Below are positions 25,274 to 39,790 of a stretch of 64,000 nucleotides of DNA, piece after piece. The notes under the pieces were generated by a model. That model was given only the letters and a program-made list of their open reading frames with translations. It ran no database searches and was not told the DNA's origin. This DNA comes from Lepidodermella squamata (lineage: Eukaryota; Animalia; Gastrotricha): contig JBLDXI010000017.1 of the NCBI GenBank assembly GCA_047495785.1, positions 930,001 through 994,000 on the forward strand, given 5' to 3'. Position 1 is the stretch's first letter; every line of letters starts with the position of its first letter. Position numbers and translations under genes: made by a program.

Positions 25274-28200
25274 GCGTGACAGACTGGTGGCTTCAAACGA
25301 GTTGCCGAGAGAAAATATTAGACATCCGCTTCTTAAGGAATTCGGCGAATCACAGCAACTGGGGCGCGCATTTTTCTAAAAAATATTGAAAAAAAGTCTA
25401 AAATATATCGGAAATATGAAGCGTCCGCTCTAGAATGAGATTACAAAGGCGTTGAGGTTTGGGAAAAACTAAAAATATCAGCCAAAAGCTAAAAAAAATC
25501 TAACATGGCTGATGTCATAGAACATAGCGCCATAGAACCAGCATGAAATTCTAGTTAAATTGTAAAACTCTGAATCATAAGCGTAAATTATATCGCAAAA
25601 ATGTGATTCTCCTAATTTTTCCAAAAAGAAAATGCCGAACCAGAGTTGTCCACGGGTCGAAAAATTGAGGCCCGGCCCGGCCCGTCATTAAATATCTCCA
25701 AACCCGGCCGAACTATTTTACAATTTTGCAATATTTCAAAGAATCATAACGCAGCCCGCGGGGCAATTATCGATTTCAAGTATTGATTTTAAATTTCATT
25801 GATTTTAAAGACCGAATGCGGCGTGCTTTTTGATCTTAAAATAGCAAATAAAACGTGAAAATAGCCGAAAAATTGGCAAAATATGGCGCGTATTTCCAAG
25901 TTTTATACAAAATATCTGGCGATTTTTAACAAAAAGAGTAATGACATGGACACCGATGTGTAAAATATAACTACGGCCGCTATATAGGCTTTATGTTATT
26001 TACAAAGAAACCCGGAATAAACAGGCGTCTCAAGAGATTAAAGTTGCTGGTCTAAAACAGGTATATAGCCTTTCCGATTATGAAGTATATTATAATATTT
26101 TGAGAGGCAAAAAGGAAGTTGACACTTTTCAACGTACAATATAATAGACTTTATACGCGCGTCATTGACAGAGCAAACATTACATCTAAGGGCGTGGCTA
26201 ATAATAGGCAGTGGTAAAATAAATAATTTAATTGCTTTAAAACGCTCGATTGTACATAAATTGAGTAGAAAATTCGTCGGTTTAATGCTGCCTTAGGCTA
26301 TAAGCTAGCTATATGAACAGGAGAATGGAAAGGCCGCATAAATTATGCACTTTCGCTCTCCCGTTTCAGCCACCCTGGTGCGCCTTCTTCATGACACAGA
26401 CGATGATGTTTTCGCAAAAAATATTTAGGGACGCACAAGTTTCGATGACTTGAGCTGTGGCCTGATCAGCTTTCAGCTTTCAGGGTACAACATATTATTA
26501 TTGCAATAAAATACCAGTGCTAACATCGAGAGTGCTATAACGTTTATATATTAGGAGGCCGGAAAAATTGAACTGATTTCCTTCAAGTGTACTACTGCCC
26601 CGATTGTTTATTGGCTGTGCGTGGAAGGCGTGAGTAGGTTTTAAACGCATCTCTCATCGCGCAATAAACGCGATGATAAAAAATAATAATATATAGCGAA
26701 AATTACTAACAAGCAAGGGCGCGGGCACATCTGCGGTTTTTTCTCATCACTGGAATTCAACCGCAGTATATATTACAATAATTTAGGAGAAAAAAATAGG
26801 GACGTTTAACGTAAAATTACTGCACGCGCTAAATTACATGCGACACTAAGGGGCAGTGAAATGAGGATTAGATGCATAAAAAAAGACGGCCATATTATAC
26901 TTGCCTTGCGGCGGTGGTGGCGATCAGGCTGATGCAGTATAACGGCAGTATCACACTCGATCATCGGCGCGTTGGTTCTGATTAGTCGTCATAACAATGC
27001 ATTATCAAATATAAGAATTAAATATAATAAAATAAAAACATGGTAAAAACTGATATTTCAAGTACTTTTCCGGCGGATTGAGTAGCATCAGATTTTTTGT
27101 ATCAATTTTAAACTATTTTTTTCCGCGCTGCGCGTCAAATTTGTCAAGCGCAACGGGGCGTGAAAAAACTGAATAAACGTGTGACCCCTTTATTCCTCGT
27201 GGGACTGAAGTGTGAATGAAAAAACAACCATTTTTACTTCAAGAATGTGCTCGAAAAAGGGAATAATCGGGGCCAAAAAATTTGAACAAAATAACTCGGT
27301 TCTTCTTTTGGCAGAGCATCTAAAAAATGAGCTATATTCAGACGATCGAAGACAATAAAAAGCTTATAATTGACGATCTGTATTCTGCGGTGAGCCAAAA
27401 GCTCGGAAATCCGGATTTATTAAAATATAAATATACGAAAAACGAGCTTCCTACTAACAAATTTAATCTAATTTTGCGGGCACGGGGAGTTCCGATTATG
27501 AAGTGCACTACCTGAGGCCAATATCTAAAATGCAGCAGGCCGATCGGAAATTTCAACTTTTATAGCTGCTCATCAATGAGTGTAGTCAGCTCAAGTGCCT
27601 TGAATTGTTTTTCGGGTGAAGCATATAATGCTGCGTGACTGAGCACTCGGATTTCACTTACCTTTGTCGTGATATGAATGGCTGTAAGCCGTGACCGATA
27701 ATCGGAAGTTGAAATTCAATGTTGACAACGGTCCGATAAAGCTGGCGCAAACTTTATTTTAGATATCATCTATTATGGACAAAAGTTTCTCGAAGACTGT
27801 TTATTTTTTTTCCCAAAAATAATGAAATATCAGCCGCGTAAACAAAATAGCCGGCGCGGTACCACAATGGGACCGCTGTTTAGCGCGTGATGAGAATGCG
27901 ATATATAATATAGAATTTAAATTCACCATATAATCATTGATAATTAAGTTATATATCGAGGAGAGTGGTAAAATATAAAATCAACAAAAAATTATATGAA
28001 TAAGTTAATTTAAAAGGCTCAACTTGGCAGAAACTGGGGCAATATAAAAAATCCTCCTTAAATAAAAATTGGCATGCAATCTCGCAATTTTTCGATCTTG
28101 AACAGTTCCTCAGAACATCTGAACTAATTTGGATGAAATCCAAAGACACGATAAAGCCCAAGGTGTTTAAAATAACCATTTCCACTAAGCCGACGTAGGT

Positions 28201-29480
28201 GTGACGGTTTTTCCGCGCGGTTTGGTCGACCGTATCGACCGGTAGCACAATTAATATCGCTAAGGACTATTTAATCGCTAAAAGCTGTTAAAGCATGGCA
28301 TTAAAACAATGCTATTTATAATACAATATCGGTAAGAAATCAAGAAAAAATAATCGAGAAATATGATGTAGGGCGCGAACAACGCGCCAACCACCACCCT
28401 CGGAAGTTGTAAGCCGCGCGTTGTCTATAGCTGTCACATTTATACTCGAGCAATGTCAAGTGCACTTATTGCTTTGTTCCTACATTTTATGCAATTTACT
28501 CGATTCTTAACATTGTTGTAATACAAATATATAAAATAGCTAAACAAATCGAATTCGCTATTGACTTTTCGGGATTTTTGGCCTACAAATGCCGCGATAA
28601 TAAGATTTGAATTCCGACAAAATCTTGGCAGGCAAAGTGCGGGAATGGTTAAAACCAGTAGCAAAAAAACTGGGATTCAATTATGTAAACAATCACACTT
28701 TTTAGGCCATTCGCCGATTCCTATATCCCAGGAGTAGCGGCCTGGCTGGGAGTCTGGAAAATCACGGAAGCATGAAGCCAAATGACCCTGATTTTTATAC
28801 CGACGATAAAAACTATATAAGTATATAAGTATAATCAATCAGGGGCACAAATAGCAGCTGTATTGGGCGCGGAAGTGAAAAATGGCTAAAAGCACGTTCA
28901 CCTATATAGATTTCATAAAAAGCGCCATGAAAGCCACAACTTCATGACCCCTATATCCGATAATGATTGCCATCATTTTTACTTTCGAGTTGTCTGGTGC
29001 AATTTGGGTCAAATATTGACGTATTTTCTTTGAATTATCTAGAAACTCAGGTGAATGAAGAAACGAATAAGAAGGTAGATTTTTTATTGGGAAACTATTG
29101 TGATAATAAAATTAAGTGATGGGGAAAATATCAATAAACAAAATGAGGGCTTGTTTAGGGCAAAAAGTGTCGCGCAATGGGAGCGTCTCGTGCTAAATCC
29201 TCTTAGCCGCGCGGCCTCAATCAATTAAATAGCTTCAGGCAATGGTTGTCAGCCCCAATAGGCTATTTTCGCCTCATATTATCGAACCGAAAAAAAAACC
29301 AACGTGGACGCTATAAACAATAGTAAAATAGCACCGGCGTCAATTGATAGAAAAAAGGCAAGGTCAACGCAATGAAGAATTTTGATATTTTATTCGAATT
29401 TCGATCATAAAGCTTTTACACATTTTTAGTTTATACACAACTTCCAGCATTGTTTTATAAAAAAAATAGCCAGATGATTA

Positions 29481-32400
29481 TCATGCCTGGTACGGCTTGT
29501 AATTGCCTTGCGACATGAAAAATAGCTCATTTACGACAGGCACCAGGGTGAACAGAATTACTGGAACAACAATGTTGAGCGTGCCAGCAAAATACCTGAA
29601 TAAAAAATTGGAAAAAATTGAAAAATTAAATTAAAAAAAAAACGAACATAATAATTTTATCAAGCGCGACGCAGTAAATGAGCCATTTTCGCTTCAAATC
29701 TTGCGCCTCGTTCTCAGCCGCCTGCATGCTACGCCGGTGTTCGCTTTTCGCTGTTTTCATTGAACTTTTGTTAGGAAGAAGGGGCTTTTCCGGCGGTGGT
29801 GATGGCGCTGATGCTTGCGGCGCGAAGGCAGACCGGCTGACTGTCGAACTCGTCCGCCGGCGCCGCATCGGATTCGCGTTTTCCGACTGCAAATCCGACG
29901 TCTCTTCACGGTCGTCCGACTCGTTGCCGCTCGACATAATCGCGATTCGGTGATTGCTGTTCGAAGGGCTATGACCGTTTTTCGGCGTTAAACTCGACGC
30001 ACCCCGCGGCGGCAGGGGCGGCGACCCGGGTGCTTGGTGCCGGGAGGGTGATCGCTGCGGTTCGTTGAGGCTGCGCTGTTTTGACATGTAGCCTATAGTT
30101 GATCCGCAGACGTCCCAATTCGCGATGTTCATCCGCGCGGCAGGCCCGCGGTTGCTGAATACCGACGCGTTTGGCGCGAAGGTCGATTGCACATTTATCT
30201 GAAAGAAATCAATCATATATAAGCAATTTATGAGGGACAATTTGGTACTAAATATTGGAACAACAAAATTTGAGGTTCCAGCACTAAATTATAAAATTCT
30301 ACCACAACATGTTTTCGCTCTTTTGCAATTTAGACTTTTTCCTTTTTTGATCGATGACTTGATCGATGATTTTTTAGATAACTGGCACCCCAAGTTGAAG
30401 GGGAAACCCCAATATTGAGTGTCTATACTCTATACAGACATCAGAAAAATCATTGATTTGTAAAATCAATATCGGAAATCGGTTTCAGTTCTGCAAATGG
30501 ATTGTTAATCGTAAACCGACTGCCAATGGCGCAAAATACGCGCAATATTAGAAAATATAGTAAAAAGAGAATTATATGGAACCGTAACAACCATATTTTG
30601 AGGAAATTTCGTGCTGTTACCCTGAACTTCTAGCGTGCGCAATTGAGACAATTATTCTTAATTATTGCTGATTTTTCAGACTTTTCAATATCCACTTCTG
30701 GCAGATCAGCTTTTCCCAAATAAATAAATATTTAAAATGTATTTTACATTACTTTTTCATGCCTCGGGCGCGCCCCGTTCGGCGCAAGGCCATTTAGAGG
30801 CTAAGATGACTGTCCAAAGACCCAAAAAATGAATTTAAGCTTACGATACGAAACGAAACCTTATTCCCATCGCTCATCATCATCCAGCGAATGAACCTAG
30901 TCGACATTAAAGGTTGATGAGCAAGAAATGAGTACAAAGCTTCATTTGCTTACTCAAAAATACTTTGAGCTTCGCACTCACAAGGCGAAGATGGAAAAAT
31001 GCCCTAGAAATTGTACAACAATCGTGTTGACATGTACAAATTGAGAATAAAAAAATGAACACATTAACCAAGAAATCGCACATCACGTTCTTCACCTTCG
31101 AAGAATATGACCAACTTTTTTGAAATTAGACTTAAAATCCAGGTAAGTCGAAATTACAAAAATATTGCTAAATTATAAGAAATTTTAACGCATACGTTTA
31201 TCGTTAGATTTCACCTCGCAGGCGCCAAAACCGCGTAGAGGCCAAGTTAGCTCAAGGTTCAAAATTAAAGGTTTGCGGCGAATGCACATCGCATCGCTGG
31301 ACAAGGGTACTGAAACTCGTTTACGACATTTGCCGCAATTACGAATAAATAAGAAAAATTTACCTGTATCCCACGCGCAATCATCGGGGTCTTAATTTGC
31401 ATATTCTATTTTTAGCCTCTATAACTAAAACAGGTAAAAAGCAGGTGAGATGTTATCTTCTTGAAAAATAATGTCATTAGTAAATGAAAAATATTGAGGC
31501 TAGAAGAAACCTCGGAATAATTGAAATGTTTCAGACACGACAGGATGTCTGGCAACCTTATTTCGCCTGTCAGCAGATAAGGGCGGCAACAATGATTAAG
31601 TAATCAAAATTCACTCGAAAGCTCGACAGCGACAATAATTGTCCGAAATATTTTTTTACATTTAACAGGAATATTTGGACAAATTGAATTTCTCGTTCGT
31701 TAATTGAATATCAAGTTCGAATAATGTTCTATCAATTCCTAATTGTTCAGGCCCGTAAAATTGTTGAGAGATGTCTAAATATTGACCTAGTAATTAAAGC
31801 CTTCAACTAGTGTCTACAAGCTTCAATTAACTTGTCTGTTTTTCGTCCACATTATCCAAACACTTATTGTAGGCGTGCAAGCGATGAGGTATATCAACGA
31901 GAAATCAAGGCGATTTCAGTTCAGTATTCACCTGAATATTACAACATAGCATCAAACAAATTTTTCAAAAAATGACTAGTTCTTGGTTTAAAAAGCTGGC
32001 TGAGTGCCTCATCGAGTTGGAGGTTCGCTACAAAACTCGCCATTCGCCGCCGGTCAAGCGCAGTAGGCGGTGTACCGAGCCTGGAGTTTTCTACTATGGA
32101 TCGAAGCCTAATAGGGGTCCAATCGGTTCTCCGCATATTCGTCGGCGCCACTTGACGGCATAAACCTGCTCTTATAGACATTGGCATTATAAAAATTCGC
32201 TGCAATTATTTTCCATGAAATAAATTATTTGCAAGCCTTGAAAACTTGTTGATTTTCTTTACAAGAAATCGTCGCAACAAACGATGAGATCAGATGCTGA
32301 TCAGCTGATTTTTTTCTTCAAATAAGTTTGAAGTGCCTAGTTTTCAAGGTCCCCTCAAGGTTCCCGAACTCATGATTAATCTCATGATTATCTCTCTCGG

Positions 32401-35400
32401 GTAAGACTGGTTTTAGTCGCTTAAATTTCGAGGAGTTCCATTGGACTCATAAGGCTTCATTTTAATGAAAACTCCCCGCGAGGACTGACGTAATGTAAAA
32501 AATTGAAATCTATGGACGATTGAAGCTGGACAAATGTTCCAGCGGGGTCTATTGCCTTGAAAAAGATCGAGTCATGTCTTAAGCTATGACCTGAATTAAT
32601 TCTCTCTAGATTTCTAGATCTAAAATTTCTAAATTTTCGACGTCTGGGATACTCCAATGCTGTAAACTATTCTTTTTGGATATTATGTAGCAAGATTCCT
32701 CGAAACGGCTAAAAGCGTGGGAAAAATATAATATACCTGAAGTTAAGTGATGAAAAAAAATTAAAATGCACGCACTTCCTGAAGCAAATATTTTTGGCGT
32801 AGTACGCACCCTAAATTCAGGGTTCCAGCTGTAAGACTCCAGCACTAGATTTCCTTAGATATATTTTTTCGAGCTTCATGTCTTCTCTAGAATCTCAATT
32901 TTTATGTTGTCATGCCTAACCTATAGATCTTCATTTTACGCGTATTTTACGCTATCAGTGGTCAGTTTATGAGTTATACTTCAGCCTGCAGAGCCGATAT
33001 CGATTCCAAGTATCGATTTTACAAATCAGTGATTTTTCCGATATCAGCCGTCGTGAAACCTAACATCGATAATTTTTCTACGTAGCTTAGGGCTCCAGGT
33101 AGCTAAAACAAAAAAATCCTAGGTTCAGGGAGGGCATCGCTATCGATGAGAAAATGAAAAAGCCGAAATCGCAAAAAAATATGAAAAATTTAGCGCTGGA
33201 ACCTTGGTTTTAGTGGTGCAAATATTTCTTGATTTCAGATGTTGCCAAAACCCAATTTTCACCTGTTTGCGGTCATTTTCTTCATTATCTGATTCTATTG
33301 TATTAATTTTTACTGGGTCTTACTTTTAGCGGAACACCAAATTTTGCGAATTTTTAATGGGCCCAACACCAATTTTCGGAACTTTCAAGGATGTCATGAT
33401 TGACCAGCATAATTCCCAGTAAATAACCTTCAAATTAAGCGTGAAATTCTGTATAAGACGCATTCTTTACATCAGAATTCATACATTGCCTCAAATTCGT
33501 ATTATTATTCGAGAATCGACCTCAGGTTCAAGTCTCGAATTAGGTTCCGCTAAAATATATTCTGTTTTTCGTTGATGGCTCGTCGCCCATTCTCCAAAAC
33601 CTTCTCGCAATTGAATTTTTCGCAGAAGCAAGTCCCCATTTCCTATAAAAAAAACAAGCTTATCCGTGATTTTTCGGATGAATGCTATTACACGGATAAC
33701 ATCTGAAATTATAACGCGTGTTCGATCAAATCCTTCGAAGCGCAGCATAAATTGATCAGCGAGGAATAGGAGCATTTACTCGCCTGATCAAAGTCGACGC
33801 CCCATCCCGCCAAACCCGCGGAACTAACTGATGTGACCACGATTTACAGACTATAACGTATCCGTGTCCACAATCAAGGGTAGAAACTACTCATAATATC
33901 AAACCGTGTCTCATTTTTTCATGTTCTTGGTCATTTAATTATGAGTCATAAATTGGAACTTTAAACAAAGATGACCGTTTTATAGTATACTGTTTCCCCG
34001 TCAGTTGGTAAGATAAATGGTCAAACATCAGCCGAATTTTGCCGAAAATAGACGTCACAATAGTATTGAGACTAACTGAATTAAAAAAGACATTGCGAGA
34101 TAATTCAAGCTGGCCGTGAGCCCCGGCCTCGGAATTTTCGGGAAAGAAACTTGGTCGAATCTTAATTAAAAGGGTGCGTGGCCTTTCAGTTTTTAATTAA
34201 CGCCAATTTCGTCTTAATTACCCCTTGGACATCCTCCTCATTTATAGCTCTAGTATAAATAGGAGATGCGCATAATTCGATTTCGCATTTGTAAACATAT
34301 CATCGAAAATCATGCCTTATAGACCGTGGTTTCAAAAGCTGGTGGAGTGCCTCATCGAACTCGAGGTGCGATACAAAACGCGAAGCCGTACGAGTCAACT
34401 CTCGAGAATCCCACTTTCTCACCGTAAAACCAATTTGAAACGTCAACATTGTTAATAAAATTTCCATTTTTTTGAATAATTTTGGTTTTTTTCGAAACAT
34501 GTTCACCGCTCAACTTAGGGTTCCAGGCTGGATTTTCTGATTTTTCCGATATATCGATGAGCCCCATTTGCCGTAATTTTTCATTTCGGATATCTGGTGG
34601 AGGGAAATCGTTCTATTTCCTAGGCTGCTGATATCGAAAATCACTGATTTGTAAATTCGATATCGGAAATCGATATCGGCGATATCTGAAATATAGATCC
34701 TAAACAGACCGCAGATATCGCAAACTACGCGTAAACTCCTGTCCCATAAGTAACTAAAAAAAACGAAATACACGGAAATGGGGTCAGAAACTCTAAAACG
34801 TGAGGGGAAGTCATATCTGATGGCGAGAGAAATCTTAGAAAAGTAGAAATGGGTATAAAAAATTCCGTATAAATTTGATCCAACCAGGTAAAAACCGAAA
34901 ATTACCGAAAAAGTTACCATCGGAGTTTTCAGGGATATCTTCATTTCTTTGGTAAAGTTCTGGATAAAGGATGGAAGATTCCCCAAGTGGGTTTGATTTC
35001 AAAACTTAGTTTAAATTATAAAAACTTCGAAATTCTAAAATTACGCTGTAGTGAGATCTATTTGTTATTTGTTAGACCAGATAAAACTTGAAATTTAACG
35101 CTGGAATTCTATTATCGATTTTTCAATGTTAAACTGAATTCTTACCTCGACATCATTCGGGTTTTTTAACCGAACCGTGACCGGATATTGGTCGACAACC
35201 GCTCCGTTGTTTTTCGCCCGTGCCAGCGGGCTGCCGGTCGGTGTGCCGATCAAACTGCGACTCGCTGCTGGGAACCCGTTGAAATTCACCGAATTTACGC
35301 TACTCGGCAAATGGCCGTTCTGCTTCGTATGCTGGTCACACTTGAGAGCATCGACGCTCGATGGGAAGTGCGTAAATTGGCGCAGGTAGTGCGTTAGCGA

Positions 35401-37709
35401 GCCATCGGGCAGTTCACGTATAATAGGCTGGTCGCTGGATGGCGAGTCGTTCTTGTTATTATTCTTCAAATTAGGCCATACAACACTGAAGAAGGCGAGC
35501 ATCATCGTTTTGAACGATGGATCGGAATTAGGGTATCGCAGGACGGTGTACAACATGAGAAATGTGATAAGGAGGCTGAATACCAACTGCACGCTCATTA
35601 TTGTCATGTAGACTTGAAGTAGGGATAGTGTATCTGACGACTAAAATAAAAAGAGAAATATTACAAAATAAATTGGAAAAATTCCAGGTTGCAAACAGAC
35701 CTTGGGAATATGAGCAGCGACGCCTGAAAAAATAGAAAATTGGTAAAATTAGAATAATTACGAGGGGTAAACGTGTTTTTCGAAGATTAAAAATTCTCAA
35801 GAAATTCTGAAATTTAAACCAGAGATGGAACAGGTGATTCTTGATTTTCCTACAAATTTTGGAAATTTTTGCAATTTTTCCTGATTTTTGGCAAATTAAT
35901 TGGCTATAGACAGTTATAAGCTTATTTCAGACCCTCTTTTGCATATGCATATTCAAGATTGACCTTGGCAAATAGGTGCAATTAATTAAGAACACATTTT
36001 TCAACTCTTGGCCTAATAATTATTTTTTTCTCCAGTCCAAAATTAGTCCCTTACACCTGAATCGTCCAAGGCTATTCTGTCAAAAATTTCCTGCGCATTT
36101 CGGTAAACCTAAATATTTCCTAAGAAAAATACCTGCATGAGTGACGGAGGTTCCAATGAAAAGAGCCGTTAACATGGTCATACGGCCAGGGTGTTCAACC
36201 GGCAGCGTGTGGCTCAGCGTTTGCAGGCAGGCGAGTAGCAGCTCGGGGAAAATGAAGTACAAACTGAAGTAGAGGCTTTTCCGCCGAAAAATGAAAGTTA
36301 TCGTTATGCTCGAAAAATTCTGCCCATCGTATCCAACTATTTCGCTTTGAATGCGATGGCCTTTGATATTCCACTGTAAAAATATTGAAAATAATTATTA
36401 AAAAAAATTCATATTTTTATTTCCTTTTGTCATCAACATTTTCGAAAGCCAAAATATATCTTTAGGACAGTTTTTACCCAGGCATTTTTCAATATATACA
36501 TTTCCCCCCAGAATCCAGGATAAGATAAATAATTACCCTAAAATATTTTGCTATTTATTTTGGTTGTTAGAAGCTATAATTAGGTTATTCAAATGGACAA
36601 TTTTTTACCAATTCCTATATTGGAGCTCTTGTTTTCAGAGCAAACATTAGACTAGATTATTATTATTTTTAGACCTAGTATCAAATGTCTTGGCTAAATA
36701 ATTGAGGACGCTATAAAAATAAACTGAGTTAATAAGCAAAAAATTATTTATACCTGGTAATTTGCATAATGCTCCTTAACATCGATAGTATCATCGCCTG
36801 GGTACAAGTCCAATTCCAAGTACTGGGTCGGATAAATCCAGGACTCGAAGCGAACATCGCACTGCTGCCAATCGAAAGGAAAAAATGTGATAACCAAATT
36901 GCACCTGGTAAAGAGGCGGCCGGAGGGAAAATAACCCATCTATTGCATAAAAAAATCAGAAAAAAAATTAGAAAAAAATGCAAAATAAAACTGACCTCTC
37001 CTCTGTAACTCAAGCCAACATTGGTAACTTTTCGAGTTAAAGCAGCTGGATCAGGGCTATTGACAATAACAATATCTGGAAACCAGACTTGCTGGTTTGA
37101 AACTGCAATCCACTAGTAATTGAGGAAAAAATCTTAAATATCATCGAATACTTTTTGCGAAAAAATTACAGTAAGATTGCTGTATTTTTTAGGATCCCAT
37201 TGAAGTCGCGGGTCGTCCCATAGCATTTTCGCGCAAGCGGCCATGATCATCATTTGATCACGCTCGATCAAATCCTCAACCATCATAACGCACATGCCAA
37301 CTGAAAAAATTGCAAAAATTATTAAAAAAATGCATGGTTACTATGGACGCTACTCACCCTTAACAACCACAGGTGAGTTAGGCTCTCGAGCCGGTCGAAC
37401 ATTTTTCATGTAACCGCGGCCGAATAAGTATTTGTAGAGTTTTTCCTCAGGTGAGGGTACAGCTTGGCCGTCAATAATTTCGCCGTCTTTCGGGGGTTTT
37501 TCTTCCCGACTACTCGATGGCAGAAAGTAGTCTTCCTTCGGCAGGCCGTCATCGTCGCCCTCTCCTACTCCGTCAGGAGACCGAAGCATTGACGACCGCC
37601 GATCTTCGCTGCTGATATCGTCATCGTGATCGCTGAGATCGGCTCGTATGGCGATTTTTAAGGTGGATGAAATCAAAATGAGGGTGAAAAATCGCAGCAA
37701 GAGCACCAT
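29481..37709 (-). CDS. Cys-loop ligand-gated ion channel subunit 3 (same clade), 9 exons, ~4.9 kb intron in the M3-M4 loop
   Basis: Signal peptide, YMKNVRPA, CNLVITFFPFDWQQC, ESWIY, LPVEHPGR, DLKRKWLIYCVALDK, last exon YFAGTLNIVVPVILF...YQA* ending 29481. Confidence 0.9.
31972..32163 (+). CDS. Nested antisense micropeptide copy 1 (63 aa, MTSSWFKKLAECLIELEVRYKTR...)
   Basis: Core IELEVRYKTR identical to copies 2/3 although 6 of 10 codons differ synonymously; lies in intron of channel 3. Confidence 0.7.
   Translation: MTSSWFKKLAECLIELEVRYKTRHSPPVKRSRRCTEPGVFYYGSKPNRGPIGSPHIRRRHLTA
32806..33219 (-). mobile_element. Most complete copy of an old ~400-bp dispersed MITE-like family (core AAAATCACTGATTTGTAAAATCGATACTTGGAATCGATATC)
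   Basis: Imperfect TIRs GCACC(A)CTAAA...GGTTCCAGC; degenerate cores also at ~14511, 21165, 23718, 30445, 34630, 41741, 43262, 45212, 47146. Confidence 0.75.
33668..33787 (+). pseudogene. Decayed coding-like segment upstream of micropeptide copy 2
   Basis: DFSDECYYTDNI*...IKSFEAQHKLISEE*EHLLA*, homologous to 42458-42577. Confidence 0.4.
34254..34261 (+). promoter_or_regulatory. TATA box of micropeptide copy 2
   Basis: TATAAATA with an Inr-like GCATT about 30 nt downstream; same spacing to ATG as in copy 3. Confidence 0.6.
34312..34455 (+). CDS. Nested antisense micropeptide copy 2 (47 aa, MPYRPWFQKLVECLIELEVRYKTRSRTSQLSRIPLSHRKTNLKRQHC)
   Basis: TATAAATA 58 nt upstream of ATG, AATAAA overlapping the stop; same length as copy 3. 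Confidence 0.72.
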   Translation: MPYRPWFQKLVECLIELEVRYKTRSRTSQLSRIPLSHRKTNLKRQHC

Positions 37710-39350
37710 TTTTTCCTGAAGTAAAAAAAATGTGAACGAGGAATTTTCGAGAACAATACAAAAATAGCAATTTTTTTAGTAAGAAGCCATAAAAGCAACA
37801 AATTTCCGTCACGAGTCTCCTAAATTCCGCCATGTCGGGTTTTCAAAGGCTACATAAAACTACATCTCGAATTGCAAGTAAGGGACAAACCTGGATATCG
37901 GCAAATCACCGGATTCGCATGATTTTCCAAATGTAAAAATAAATTGCTGAAGCTAAAAACTAGTTGAGAAAAAACCGATATTACGATGCGGATTCAATCT
38001 GTACGGTGTTCTAGATATTGCGGGAAAAATTAATCCTATAAATTAATCTAATATAGGTATGGATTATTCATCGCCATATATATTTATAAAACTCGTCGCT
38101 GTTTATACAAAGTATTTATCATGGGAAAATACCTAAAATCATCATTCATTGGGCTCTTATGCCAAGTATGGCGAAGCAATTGATGGTGAGGTGTCTGTAT
38201 ATTACGGATATAATCCAAGCGGGGGTAATTCGAGTCGTTTATAACAGCGCTATATAAGAGGAGGAATCATGTTGATCATTGTAAATGATGGCGGCTATTT
38301 ATCAACCCGAACCAATATTGCGCGCGCATCCGCGCACTTTTTAGATATGTTTGCGTATCATGTGCACGCCGCCAATTTTGCGCTTTATTGCTCTGCTATA
38401 CTATAATAATGGCCTAAATAGAGACGTGACCCCGAAAAAAGGACCTGAGATATTATAGCTGTTCGGCATGTAAAAAAACCGCGCGCGATTCATGAACGGT
38501 GTTAACAGACACATTTGGTATGTTAAGAAAATCAATCTAACAACGCTACCTTATAATAATAATAACATCGTCAAAACTGGTTATTCGGTATTCTTCATCC
38601 CACCCTGAGAAAAAATTGGGGTTGCTAGGCTTTTATGCTCTTCAAGTGGGTAAATCCTGACCTATAATTTGGCGGCACTTATTGAAAAAACGTCACTGCC
38701 TGTCACTCAAACTTATTGCGTGAAAAGCTTGGTAGACTTTTTTTTCTGTCGCAGAGAGTAAAAAGAAAGATGAACCAGATTCAAGTGCGATTGGGTGTAA
38801 TCGAGTTAGTCTCACGAAACGGAATAATCAGCGAGCGGCAGTTGATTCATTTTTTTACAGGTTTTTACGATGGCTGAAAAACTATATAATATCAGCGCGG
38901 TAAGCTACGGCGGTCACATGAAAAAAACTCGTCGACAGTTATTTATTTAAAATATATTGCGCCTGGACTAAGTGGGGAAATACCGCCGAGTTTGGTGTCC
39001 CCCAATATAACACAAAAATAAGATAATAAACGGCAACACTATAGGAAAGGCGTAATACAATATATAAATTTGCATGAGTGGAAATTGCATTGCGGGCGAA
39101 ATTCAATTCAGCCGAATAAAGTACGTGGAGTTATAGCCGAAATCTGTGTACAAAAACCGCTCAAAGTTAGGCCAATTTTTCGCGGCAGTCATTTTTGGCA
39201 CGTCGGAGGCCTCAAACCACGGGCCAAAATAATTCGGCTCTGATATGAGAGAACAATGGAACATATTTCCCTCTACAAAAATTGGAAAATTTGTGGAATT
39301 TCTATACAGAGACCAGACTATATTAATTGGCACAAAAATGTTATTTTTTC

Positions 39351-39790
39351 ACGTCGTTGAGCTCAACGGACCATTTCTTGGCGGACCACACTTATTACCC
39401 CTTATATCCTAGTCATGGATACCATCGAAGTGTGCCACTTGAGTGCCAAGTGCGGCAAGGTGTGGCGCATCTAATGAGACCAATTATGACCCAAATTAGC
39501 ATTCCATCTTAATAGGGGGCTGCTTTAAACAGAGCGGTCCGCCAAACCAGGGTCCGCTGAGCTCCAAAAACCCCGGCTTTGTTGAACTCGGCGGACCCAA
39601 TTTAGCGGACCAAATCAAGTTGTAGTACTGGGATGTTTGCAACCGCCAGAGTGAGGCTAAATAGCTCAGGTGTGCATAGTAGGTCATTGGATGGCACTTT
39701 TCATGGGGAATCGACTAATCATATGGCACACCTCCGACCTAGTCCGAAACACTGGTCCGCTAAAATTTGGTCCGCTGAACTCAGCGACGT
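39351..39790. mobile_element. MITE with 9-bp TSD (Mutator/MULE-like), 440 bp
   Basis: Imperfect 23-bp TIR ACGTCG(T/C)TGAG(C/T)TCA(A/G)CGGACCA, TSD TATTTTTTC both sides, internal GCGGACC/GGTCCGC repeats. Confidence 0.75.

Noticed and set aside
25640-25715. CAGAGTTGTCCACGGGTC...CCCGGCCCGGCCCG hAT-like terminus
   Set aside because: Only one end found and no TSD, so no element can be delimited
27250-27850. Short ORFs 27327-27515 and 27338-27556
   Set aside because: No motifs; sequence resembles degraded non-autonomous DNA transposon interior
30901-31143. Coding-like + strand stretch (MSTKLHLLTQKYFELRTHKAK...) followed by AATAAA in the channel 3 intron
   Set aside because: Only faint resemblance to the micropeptide core, no TATA, no second copy to test codon bias
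31939-34506. Minus-strand ORFs 31939-32205 and 34300-34506 sharing FVxxLxxDEALxQLxKPR
   Set aside because: Antisense shadows of the + strand micropeptides: changes silent on + are amino-acid changing on -, and TATA/polyA signals are on +
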